Below the pieces are notes generated by a model. That model saw only the letters and a list, made by a program, of their open reading frames with translations. It was not told the origin of the DNA and made no database searches. This document shows, in pieces, positions 1-7,619 of a stretch of 64,000 nt of DNA. The translations under genes and the position numbers were made by a program. Where the stretch lies: assembly GCA_965248535.1 (NCBI GenBank), contig CBDFJR010000005.1:1696001-1760000 (forward strand). The letters run 5' to 3'. Source of the DNA: Phormidesmis sp. Its GTDB lineage: Bacteria > Cyanobacteriota > Cyanobacteriia > Leptolyngbyales > Leptolyngbyaceae. Numbering within the stretch: the stretch's first letter is position 1; every line of letters starts with the position of its first letter.

Positions 1-721
1 AGAGTTGGGGCACACGATCGAGCCGACTGCCCCGTCTTTGTTCACCTTTAATGTCAGCGACGATCGCTTAGAAGATCTGTCGGGTATTGCTGTCGATCCG
101 GTGCGGTTGAGGTTGCAGGTTGGCGACACCAAGTTAGAGCAAACTGGGGCGCTGTTGGTGACACACTGGGGTTTGAGCGGCCCTGCGGTGTTGAAGCTGT
201 CGGCGTGGGGTGCTAGGGTTTTGCACGAACAGCGCTATCAAGCTACGTTAGTAATTAACTGGTTGCCTAAACAAAATCCAGAAGCCCTACGACAAGAATT
301 GTTGGCAGTCAAATCGCAGTTGCCGAGACGAGCGATCGCCTCCAGTTGTCCCGTGCTGTTGCCTCGTCGGTTGTGGGAAAAACTCACGACTACAGTAGGG
401 ATTCAAAAAGAAACTCGTTGGGCAGAGCTTTCAAATAAAACGCTCAATCTGCTGATTCAAGAACTGACCCAGGGCAAATATCGCATCAATGGCAAAGGGG
501 TATTTAAAGAAGAGTTTGTCACCTGTGGCGGCGTAAATCTTAAAGAAGTCGATTTCAAAACGATGGAGAGTCGCTGCTGTTTAGGACTATATTTGGCGGG
601 CGAAGTGTTAGACATTGATGGAGTCACAGGCGGGTTCAACTTTCAGAGCGCTTGGACGACGGGCTATATTGCAGGGCAAGCGATCGGTAAGCCCCTTTTA
701 ACAGAACTCGCAGACCAATGA
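1..721 (+). CDS. NAD(P)/FAD-dependent oxidoreductase, HI0933/YhiN (BaiN) family, 5'-truncated by the window
   Basis: Motifs LLVTHWGLSGPAVL, FVTCGGV and GEVLDIDGVTGGFNFQSAWTTG. Confidence 0.92.
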   Translation, partial: ELGHTIEPTAPSLFTFNVSDDRLEDLSGIAVDPVRLRLQVGDTKLEQTGALLVTHWGLSGPAVLKLSAWGARVLHEQRYQATLVINWLPKQNPEALRQELLAVKSQLPRRAIASSCPVLLPRRLWEKLTTTVGIQKETRWAELSNKTLNLLIQELTQGKYRINGKGVFKEEFVTCGGVNLKEVDFKTMESRCCLGLYLAGEVLDIDGVTGGFNFQSAWTTGYIAGQAIGKPLLTELADQ

Positions 722-780
722 TCGCGATTTGGCTTGAGTGCGATATCCTGAGATCTAATGTTTTCAGGGTCAAGTCTGCT

Positions 781-1014
781 ATGGCAAGACGCAAAGTGGT
801 TCTATCGAGTCAAGCGATCGCGACCTTGCACGATCGAGTGTCGCTGATCGAGGTTGCTACGCCGCTGTTGCTCGACACCCTGATGTCTAACCCCCGAACT
901 GCGCCATTTATTGTGACGCGCTTAGACGATCTGACAGCGATCGTGGCCCCCGGCAAGCTCGACGAACTGTTAGACCGTCTCAAAAAGTTGGGGCAACTTC
1001 CCAAAGTGCTGTAG
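781..1014 (+). CDS. Small hypothetical protein resembling the C-terminal module of the downstream helicase-associated protein
   Basis: ATG at 781 inside ORF 718..1014. Ends 10 bp before the next gene, which has a GAGG/AAGG RBS. Pattern (L..L...P....FIVTRLDD..AIV......L...L.KLG..P) parallels the end of 1025..3238. Confidence 0.65.
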   Translation: MARRKVVLSSQAIATLHDRVSLIEVATPLLLDTLMSNPRTAPFIVTRLDDLTAIVAPGKLDELLDRLKKLGQLPKVL

Positions 1015-1024
1015 TGAGGTAAGG

Positions 1025-3238
1025 ATGGTTTCTGTGCAATTTGATAGCCACCTAAGTCAACTGGCGCAGCCCATTGTTCAAGACATGGCCAAGTCTTGGG
1101 GGTCTCGCGACAGACAAGCGTCTAAAAGTCAGGGCATTGCGGCGATTACTCGCGGGCTAAAAGATCCTAAGCAGATTCAGCAACTCATCGCAGGGCTACA
1201 GCCTTATGTGCGGCTGGCTTTAGAACTCGCTAAAGCCCAAGATGGCAAGGTTTCGGTTCGCTCGGTGATGCTCACGGCAGCGCTTTTAGGCGTTGAGCAG
1301 CCTGATCTCAAAAATAAATTTGGCAATGAAGCGATCGCTTACTCCCATGAGTTGATTCGCAGTGGTGTTTTCATTGCGACGACTCATTCCACTGACGGCT
1401 ATTATGGCTATGGGCTAAATTTTGAGTATCTGATCTCAGATGAACGAATTCTGGCGCAGGTGAGTGAGCCGAGCTTTCCAACGCTAGAGCTTGGAGAAAC
1501 CGCCGCTCCAAAGGTTTCTTCTTATCGTCGCCCTGCTAGTGTCGTGATGACCATTTTGGGCTTTTTGCAGGCACTCTCTGGGCTAGGTGGGCTTAAACTT
1601 ACCAAGTCGGGCATTCCTCAAGTCAACAGTCTCCGTAAGCTCGTGAAGGCGCTGCGCTGGCAAGAAGACGGCACAGAAATTGATGGATTTTGGTTTCCGC
1701 AACCGACGATCGCGCTGACGGCAGCGAGTGTCTATGCGGGCATTTTGACCACCAATGCTGACGACACTCAGCTAGAGTTGGCAGCCCCGATCGAAGCCTT
1801 TGCCAATCGTCCTTACCCCATTCAAATAGGTCAACTGTTGATGGGGTTGAGCGTCACGGCTGAATGGAAGGAATGGTCTGCCAGCAAGTTTTTTGATAGC
1901 AGCAGCTACGCTGAGGCGCGGCAGATTTTATTGTTGGTGTTGAAGTTGTTGCCGTCTCATCAATCGGGCTGGTTTAGCCTAGATGATTTAGAAAAGTTTC
2001 TGTTCGATCGCATCGGCGATCGCTTCTCGCTGACTGGGTTTATTCCCTCCCAGTTTCGGGCGGCGGGGGTCGATCCTGACGAGAGCGCTAAACGCTGGAG
2101 AGATCAGCGACGCAAAGACTGGCTGCAACGCGAAAAACATTGGTTTCGCTATGCCTTATCAACGTGGCTATATCTGCTGGGCATTGTTGAATTGGGATGG
2201 GATTCGCAGTCCAAATCCTCTAATCAAAATGAAGCGATCGTTAGTTTTAGAGTCACCGAGTTAGGGCAAATGATTTTGCATCCTGACTTGGCTGCATCGT
2301 TTGTTGAAATAGATCCGCAGCCTGCGTGGATTGTGCAGCCTAACTTTGAGATTCTAGTCTATATCGATGAAGTCGCCCCGTCGCAGATGATCTTTCTCGA
2401 TCGCTATGCCGATCGGCTTGACATTCAGCAACACACTGCCCACTATCGCCTGACTCGTGAGTCTGTTTATCGAGGGTTAGAGCGCGGCGGGTCGCTAGAG
2501 GAGTTTATCACCGCCCTGCGATCGGGAGCAAAGGTTGCGGTGCCGCAAAATGTGGAAATCGATCTTCAGCAATGGGGAGGCTTGCGAGAACAACTTACCT
2601 TGCGGCGCGAAACGCAAATGATTGAGTTTGCAGATCATCAAGCGATGCAAACAGCAATCGATCGGGGATTGAGCGGCAAAATTCTGGGCGATCGCTTTTT
2701 GCGAATTGATCAGATCACCCCAGATATTGAATCGTTAATCAAACAAAGAATTTACTACGATCAGCCGCTCGTTCGCTGCTTAAAAATTAGTGAAACCGGA
2801 ACGGTAACCCAAATAAAAACAGTCAAAGATCTTTTTTTGGAACCGCAGCTAGAGCGCTGGATGGAAAAACATTCAGACAAAACTTGGGCACTCACTCAAG
2901 CTAGCGTTGCTAAAGCGGCTCAAGCGGGCAACAAAGCCAGTGATATTCTCGACTTTCTAGAAGCTAGACGCACCGAGGAATTGCCGCCCTTGCTGAAGGT
3001 GGCGTTAACGGCCTGGGCAGGTCGCCCACCCGCGCTAGAGATGGCAGAAATTGTCGTTGTGCGCTGCACCAATTGGGAGGTTTTTGACGCGATCGCCCGC
3101 AGTGAGTTGCTGCGATCGCGCTTTGTTGCCCGACTGTCTCCCGATTTATTGCTGGTCGATCGGAGTCAACTTAAAAAGCTGAAACAAGATTTAGCGTGGT
3201 TGGGTCTTCAGCCGCTTGAGCAGTTGCAAATGGACTAA
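1025..3238 (+). CDS. Helicase-associated domain protein (XPB/Ssl2 N-terminal-like Helicase_C_3, two copies), no Walker motifs
   Basis: WIVQPNFEILV...YRLTRESVYRGLERG...FITAL...VPQNV..DLQQW, plus a second degenerate copy WALTQASV.KA...G....DIL.FL....LPP.L..AL..W. Confidence 0.8.
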   Translation: MVSVQFDSHLSQLAQPIVQDMAKSWGSRDRQASKSQGIAAITRGLKDPKQIQQLIAGLQPYVRLALELAKAQDGKVSVRSVMLTAALLGVEQPDLKNKFGNEAIAYSHELIRSGVFIATTHSTDGYYGYGLNFEYLISDERILAQVSEPSFPTLELGETAAPKVSSYRRPASVVMTILGFLQALSGLGGLKLTKSGIPQVNSLRKLVKALRWQEDGTEIDGFWFPQPTIALTAASVYAGILTTNADDTQLELAAPIEAFANRPYPIQIGQLLMGLSVTAEWKEWSASKFFDSSSYAEARQILLLVLKLLPSHQSGWFSLDDLEKFLFDRIGDRFSLTGFIPSQFRAAGVDPDESAKRWRDQRRKDWLQREKHWFRYALSTWLYLLGIVELGWDSQSKSSNQNEAIVSFRVTELGQMILHPDLAASFVEIDPQPAWIVQPNFEILVYIDEVAPSQMIFLDRYADRLDIQQHTAHYRLTRESVYRGLERGGSLEEFITALRSGAKVAVPQNVEIDLQQWGGLREQLTLRRETQMIEFADHQAMQTAIDRGLSGKILGDRFLRIDQITPDIESLIKQRIYYDQPLVRCLKISETGTVTQIKTVKDLFLEPQLERWMEKHSDKTWALTQASVAKAAQAGNKASDILDFLEARRTEELPPLLKVALTAWAGRPPALEMAEIVVVRCTNWEVFDAIARSELLRSRFVARLSPDLLLVDRSQLKKLKQDLAWLGLQPLEQLQMD

Positions 3239-3325
3239 ATTAACGTCAATTCGGTCAAGAAAAACCGCAACTCTAGGGAATGTCAAGTCCAGACTATCGG
3301 TTTTATTGAATTCCTATTCCTTACA

Positions 3326-4363
3326 TCAGGGATTCAAAAGGCTCTGTGCTCTGCGAATCATCTGGGCAACTTCTTGATTGGTGTCTATGCTCAAGATTTG
3401 CATCTCTGGATGCTGTTGGCTGAATACGCGAAAAACTTCATCTGAAAATGCCTGCCCGATCGCGTCTACACCCGCAAAATCGAAGACCACTACTTTAAAC
3501 TTATCCACGCCAGCTAGTAACCTTTTGGCTTGAGAACGGGATACTAATCTTTCATCACCATACTGAGCTAGACGAACAGGCACGATCGTTTTTGTAAACG
3601 CATAGTCATCCCCCGATGAAAACTGATCAAATATCTGTTTAGACGTTCTTGATGTATTGTTGTCGAGTTTCATGAAAACGGCTGTTCCAGACTGTGCCTT
3701 ATGGCTCTCTAGAATCCAATCTTCTGCTTTGTTAAACTCATGGGAGAAATAGACATTTCCAGAGAGAATTGCGAAGGCATCAAACATTCGGGACGTGAAA
3801 AATATGCCATGCCCACTGTGACGTTCTGGGTCAGTGGTAAGTTTTCCCTTGGCTAATTCAAGCACCGCATGGCGCTCATCATGCAGATGTAACTCCTTCT
3901 GAATTTTCTTAAAAATTCCTTCTCCGTTATCACAAATAATAATTTGCGTAGTGAGGGCTGTTTTCTTAACTTGAATGACGACCTCTGTGCCCGATGAGTG
4001 ATCTATGGCGTTGTTTAGCATCTCAGTGAACCCATAAACCCAGATGTCTCGGACGTTATCGGGCAAATTGGTCACTAGCGGTTTGAGGTCGGAATCCCAA
4101 ACAATATCTTCCTCCAGATTACTCGTTAGCGGATAGGTTTTTATCAGTTCAACCGACGCTTCTAATTGATAGCTTCTATTTTTTGTGGAACCTTTAGCCA
4201 CAATTGCTTTTTGCTCAATTAAGCGTTGAATATGTTTGTTGACTGCCTGCCGAGTAATGCCAAAATTTTGAGTCGTCAAAGCAACAACATCCTGCGGATG
4301 ATCGTCTATGTTCGCCAAGATAAACTGACGAATTTGTTCACCACGCTTACGAACTTTGATCAC
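3326..4363 (-). CDS. HTH + HATPase_c + DUF4325 (STAS-like) protein
   Basis: N-terminal HTH (GITRQAVNKHIQRL), GHKL motifs (TEMLNNAIDHS, DNGEGI, HSGHGIFF) and C-terminal SRSQAKR..VVFDFAGV..IGQAFSDEVFR. AT-richer than its flanks. Confidence 0.85.
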   Translation of the reverse strand: MIKVRKRGEQIRQFILANIDDHPQDVVALTTQNFGITRQAVNKHIQRLIEQKAIVAKGSTKNRSYQLEASVELIKTYPLTSNLEEDIVWDSDLKPLVTNLPDNVRDIWVYGFTEMLNNAIDHSSGTEVVIQVKKTALTTQIIICDNGEGIFKKIQKELHLHDERHAVLELAKGKLTTDPERHSGHGIFFTSRMFDAFAILSGNVYFSHEFNKAEDWILESHKAQSGTAVFMKLDNNTSRTSKQIFDQFSSGDDYAFTKTIVPVRLAQYGDERLVSRSQAKRLLAGVDKFKVVVFDFAGVDAIGQAFSDEVFRVFSQQHPEMQILSIDTNQEVAQMIRRAQSLLNP

Positions 4364-4369
4364 GGGTTT

Positions 4370-4435
4370 TTACGATTTTAGATATGTCAACTTCTCTTTT
4401 TTATTGTCAACCTTACGATTTTAATTGTCAACCTT
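4370..4435. promoter_or_regulatory. Triple direct repeat (TGTCAAC), putative operator upstream of the HTH-HATPase gene
   Basis: TGTCAAC at 4385, 4405 and 4426 (20/21-bp period). TTACGATTTTA also occurs twice. Confidence 0.55.
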
Positions 4436-4514
4436 ATGAGATTAAGCCCGATCGCAGATTGGCATAGCAGAGCCACGTCCTTCTATCGAACTCACGTTTA
4501 TTTAATCCGCGATC

Positions 4515-5030
4515 CTAGGATTCTAAATACTTCTCGTAGCCCACTGCGTCTAGCCTAGTTTGCTTCTCCATGACCTGATCGGCGAGGGTTTGACGATAGT
4601 GCAGCACTTGCGCCAGCAGATCAGGATTGTGACTCGCCAAAATCTGCACCGCCAACAAACCCGCATTGGTAGCGTTTCCGATCGCCACCGTGGCCACCGG
4701 AATTCCGGCAGGCATTTGCACGATCGAATAGAGAGAATCCACGCCTTGCAGGTGCCGACTCGCCACAGGCACCCCAATCACAGGCAGCGGCGTTAAAGCA
4801 GCCACCATTCCCGGCAAGTGGGCCGCGCCGCCTGCGCCCGCGATAATCACTTTAATGCCGCGCAGATGAGCCTGTTTGGCATAATCCACCATGCGATCGG
4901 GGGTGCGATGGGCAGACACGATCGCCACTTCGCAAGGCACGTCGAATTGTTTGCAGACGGCGATCGCGCCCTGCATAGTAGGCAGATCTGAGTCGCTGCC
5001 CATAATAATTCCGATCAGGGGTTGAGTCAT
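4515..5030 (-). CDS. purE: N5-carboxyaminoimidazole ribonucleotide mutase
   Basis: [43 protein letters not shown]. Confidence 0.98.
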   Translation of the reverse strand: MTQPLIGIIMGSDSDLPTMQGAIAVCKQFDVPCEVAIVSAHRTPDRMVDYAKQAHLRGIKVIIAGAGGAAHLPGMVAALTPLPVIGVPVASRHLQGVDSLYSIVQMPAGIPVATVAIGNATNAGLLAVQILASHNPDLLAQVLHYRQTLADQVMEKQTRLDAVGYEKYLES

Positions 5031-5033
5031 GGG

Positions 5034-6587
5034 CTAGTCGTTGTCGTCTTTGACGCTTTTGATAATGCGAGCCAGATCCATCTTTTCATCAACAGCGATG
5101 CGAGTGGGCGAACCGCTAATAATCCGCTCAAAGTTGCGGAACGAATCTTTGATATCCGGGCCTTGAGCGCTGATCGTATATTCACGAATGCCCTTATCAT
5201 GCCAAGAACCGCGCATTTTAAAGACGTTGAGCGCCCGCGACATCTCACCGCGAATCTCAACATATTGCAGCATGATAATCGTGTCAGTGATCGTCGAAAT
5301 ATGAGAGTCGGTGATCGAATGCGATCCCATAAACTGATCGGTCGTGTTGGTGAAAAATCCTGTGATTTCTTCTTGTTTGGCAAAGCCCGTCACCCCAATC
5401 ACAAACTGCCGAAAGGCGTTGTTGCTCACGCCGCGAGCTAGGGCAGAAAGCGAATCGATCGCAATCCGCGATGGCTTAAATTCGGCAATTTCTGACTTGA
5501 TAATCTGCAAATGGTCTTCTAGCCCTGCCGACTCAGGATAGGCGCAGATGATTTTGAGCAAGCCTTTTTGCTCTAAATCCTCAAAGTCGATGCCCCACGA
5601 GTAAGCGTTGCGAGAGAGTTGAGCGCGAGACTCTTCATAGGCAAATAGGATGGCCCGATCGCCCCTCTGACACGCCTCCTGCAAAAATTTGCTGACCAGC
5701 AGAGTTTTTCCGGTTCCGGTTGCCCCCGTGGTGAGAATGATCGAGTCTTTAAAGAATCCCCCACCGCACATGGTATCCAGCGTGGTCACGCCCGATGAGA
5801 CGCGAACATTGGACGATCGCTGAGTCAGGCGCATCGCCCCCAGCGGGAAAATATTGATCCCCTGATTGGTGATCGTGAAGGGATATTCACCCTTCATGTG
5901 GGTGGTGCCGCGCAGTTTGAGCACTTCGACCGTTCTTCTGCGCCGCTCACCTTCTAAAACGTTTCGCACAATCACCACGTTGTCAGAGACAAACTCTTCT
6001 ACGCCAAACCGGGCAACTGGGCCATATTCATCAATGCGCTCGGTGGTCATAATTGTGGTGGCACCCACCTGTTTGAGCCGCGCCACTAGCCGAAAAATCT
6101 CTCGCCGCACGACCCCCGCCGCCTCATATTGCTGAAACACAGCCGTCACCGAGTCGATCGACACTCGCCGCGCCTTATATTTGCGAATCGCGTACTGAAT
6201 TCGCTCAATCAGGGCAGAAAGATCAAAGTTGCCGACGACATCTTGACCTTCGGGATCGGGCGATGCGTCGAGAATAAACAGCTTGCCTTCGTCGATAAAC
6301 TTCTGAAGATCCCACCCGAAGCTCAAGGCATTTTTGATGATGTCTGCGGGCGATTCTTCAAAGGTGACAAAGATGCCTGGCTCGTCAAACTGCGTGATCC
6401 CGTTATAGAGAAACTGGGCTGCAAACAGAGTTTTTCCAGTCCCAGATGTGCCGCTGATCAGCGTCGTGCGGCCGATGGGCAGCCCACCGTGACTGATGTC
6501 GTCAAAGCCCTCAATCAGGGTACGAATTTTTTGAACGCTTGACAGGTCTACTTGATTGCGTGATTCGCTTTGATTCGTTGGATTCAT
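5034..6587 (-). CDS. kaiC: Circadian clock protein KaiC
   Basis: Two RecA-like domains (GTSGTGKT, GATGTGKT) and the phosphosite context DSHISTITDT. Downstream of kaiA-kaiB. Confidence 0.99.
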   Translation of the reverse strand: MNPTNQSESRNQVDLSSVQKIRTLIEGFDDISHGGLPIGRTTLISGTSGTGKTLFAAQFLYNGITQFDEPGIFVTFEESPADIIKNALSFGWDLQKFIDEGKLFILDASPDPEGQDVVGNFDLSALIERIQYAIRKYKARRVSIDSVTAVFQQYEAAGVVRREIFRLVARLKQVGATTIMTTERIDEYGPVARFGVEEFVSDNVVIVRNVLEGERRRRTVEVLKLRGTTHMKGEYPFTITNQGINIFPLGAMRLTQRSSNVRVSSGVTTLDTMCGGGFFKDSIILTTGATGTGKTLLVSKFLQEACQRGDRAILFAYEESRAQLSRNAYSWGIDFEDLEQKGLLKIICAYPESAGLEDHLQIIKSEIAEFKPSRIAIDSLSALARGVSNNAFRQFVIGVTGFAKQEEITGFFTNTTDQFMGSHSITDSHISTITDTIIMLQYVEIRGEMSRALNVFKMRGSWHDKGIREYTISAQGPDIKDSFRNFERIISGSPTRIAVDEKMDLARIIKSVKDDND

Positions 6588-6723
6588 AAAAATTGTTTTT
6601 CAAACTGGAGTAACTCTCTAAAGCTGAGGGCAACTCCGCTAACTTTGTTTATCTCTTTTTGCGGAATACCCCATCCGTCTATGCGGCGGGGATGGATAGC
6701 AACGGGGCGACAGCCCCAGTCTC

Positions 6724-6842
6724 TTAGGGCAATGAACGCAGAAATTCGCGCACAATGTCTGTCTTGGTTCGTTTTGTCTTCTTGGCATAGCGCTCAAGCT
6801 TTTTCATCTCTTCCTCCGGGACTCGAGTTGTTTCTCAGCCAT
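6724..6842 (-). pseudogene. Frameshifted CopG/ribbon-helix-helix protein carried by the element
   Basis: ATG GCT GAG AAA CAA, then a shifted frame TRVPEEEMKKLERYAKKTKRTKTDIVREFLRSLP*. Length 119 nt, not a multiple of 3. Confidence 0.7.
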
Positions 6843-6845
6843 GCT

Positions 6846-6865
6846 GTGTACTCATGTGGTACACT
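6846..6865 (+). promoter_or_regulatory. Extended -10 (TGnTACACT) overlapped by an inverted repeat GTGTAC-N7-GTACAC
   Basis: TG at 6857-6858 and TACACT at 6860-6865. The palindrome lies between the RHH start and the non-coding segment. Confidence 0.5.
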
Positions 6866-6871
6866 CATTCT

Positions 6872-7110
6872 AGTGGACAAGGTAATCAACCACTTAAAAA
6901 ACCTTGCTGTCGAGAGACACGCTGAACCTTGAAAATTGAATCTATGCGGTTCTACTGCATTTTTCTAGACTCCCCCTCGCAGTAGGTAAAAGATTCAGAG
7001 GAGCTAGACAAACAGCATTTTGGGGCATATCTGCTTCAAACTTAAACAGGACTTGCGGCGCTCAGTGCTGGAGGAGGGTTTCCCGACCTAGGCAACTGAG
7101 TAAGAAGCGC
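6872..7110 (+). ncRNA. Putative structured non-coding RNA with a BoxB/BoxA-like leader inside the IS605-type element
   Basis: Hairpin TGTC-GAGA-GACA followed by GAACCTTGAAAA (6924-6935). Crossing stems TGAATCT/AGATTCA and TCTAGACTCC/GGAGCTAGA. Further hairpins at 6944-6960 and 7019-7040. Confidence 0.5.
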
Positions 7111-7263
7111 AAATAGGGTAGGGCATACCCGAATTAACGCTTGGGGAGAATCCCACCTCTGGGCCAGAGACTGCAAGGACTCTAGTTTAAGTGGTTTCGT
7201 TGAGCCAAGAATCCCCATCCGCCTAGGCGGGGGGGAGTGTCAAGTCGTGAGATCGGGAATTTT
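7111..7263 (+). ncRNA. TnpB omega-RNA (reRNA)-like scaffold plus ~20-nt guide taken from the flank
   Basis: GGGTAGGGCATACCC hairpin, ACGCTTGGGGAGA, and ...CCAAGAATCCCC...GGGGAGTGTCAA, as at the 3' ends of cyanobacterial tnpB genes. The guide would be GTCGTGAGATCGGGAATTTT. Confidence 0.7.
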
Positions 7264-7578
7264 CTAACCATCAATTTCCTCTTCGCGGAGTTCTTCATAG
7301 AGAAGATCAAGCCCGATTAAGACTTTTTCACGATCGGAGAGGTCACCAATAATTTTCCGAACTGGGGGGGGCAAAATTTTGGCCAGCGTCGGTGTAGCTA
7401 AGATCTTATCCTCTTCGGCCAACTGCGGATTTTTGAGCACGTCAATCACTTTCAGCGCATAGACCCCTTGAAACTCTTTTTCTAAGATATTGTTCAACGT
7501 CTTGAGGGCCCGAATCGAGTTGGGCGTGTTTCCGGCAACATAGAGCTTGAGAACGTAGGTTTTCTTTAGTGGACTCAT
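7264..7578 (-). CDS. kaiB: Circadian clock protein KaiB
   Basis: [14 protein letters not shown]...[24 protein letters not shown]. Confidence 0.99.
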   Translation of the reverse strand: MSPLKKTYVLKLYVAGNTPNSIRALKTLNNILEKEFQGVYALKVIDVLKNPQLAEEDKILATPTLAKILPPPVRKIIGDLSDREKVLIGLDLLYEELREEEIDG

Positions 7579-7619
7579 AATTTAGCTGTGAGCGATGAGC
7601 GATCGGCAACTCGCAAATT

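Larger units (their letters stand above)
6653..7243 (+). mobile_element. Non-autonomous IS200/IS605-family element (no tnpA, no tnpB) inserted between kaiB and kaiC
   Basis: Left end: TTTAT target (6648-6652), AATA guide (6665-6668), hairpin CCCCATCCGTCTATGCGGCGGGG (6669-6691). Right end: GAAT guide (7209-7212), hairpin CCCCATCCGCCTAGGCGGGGGG, terminal TCAA (7240-7243). No HIP1 inside. Removing it leaves an 85-bp kaiB-kaiC spacer. Confidence 0.85.

Noticed and set aside
4370..4435. CRISPR array or iteron reading of the TGTCAAC repeats
   Set aside because: The units are too short, have no spacers of CRISPR length, and no cas or rep gene is present. No CRISPR array was seen anywhere in the window.
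5022..6542. Short overlapping or antisense ORFs inside kaiC, and similar ones inside other long genes
   Set aside because: They lie within well-supported genes and carry no motifs, so they are expected shadow ORFs.
6570..6932. 120-aa + strand ORF across the kaiC start and the element's left end
   Set aside because: It crosses the element boundary, is antisense to the RHH frame and has no recognisable motif.
6937..7055. Group I intron (IStron) reading of the pseudoknotted segment
   Set aside because: TTCAGAGGAGCTAGA only loosely resembles the R element. I found no S element or P7' (AGTC) and no P4-P6 domain.
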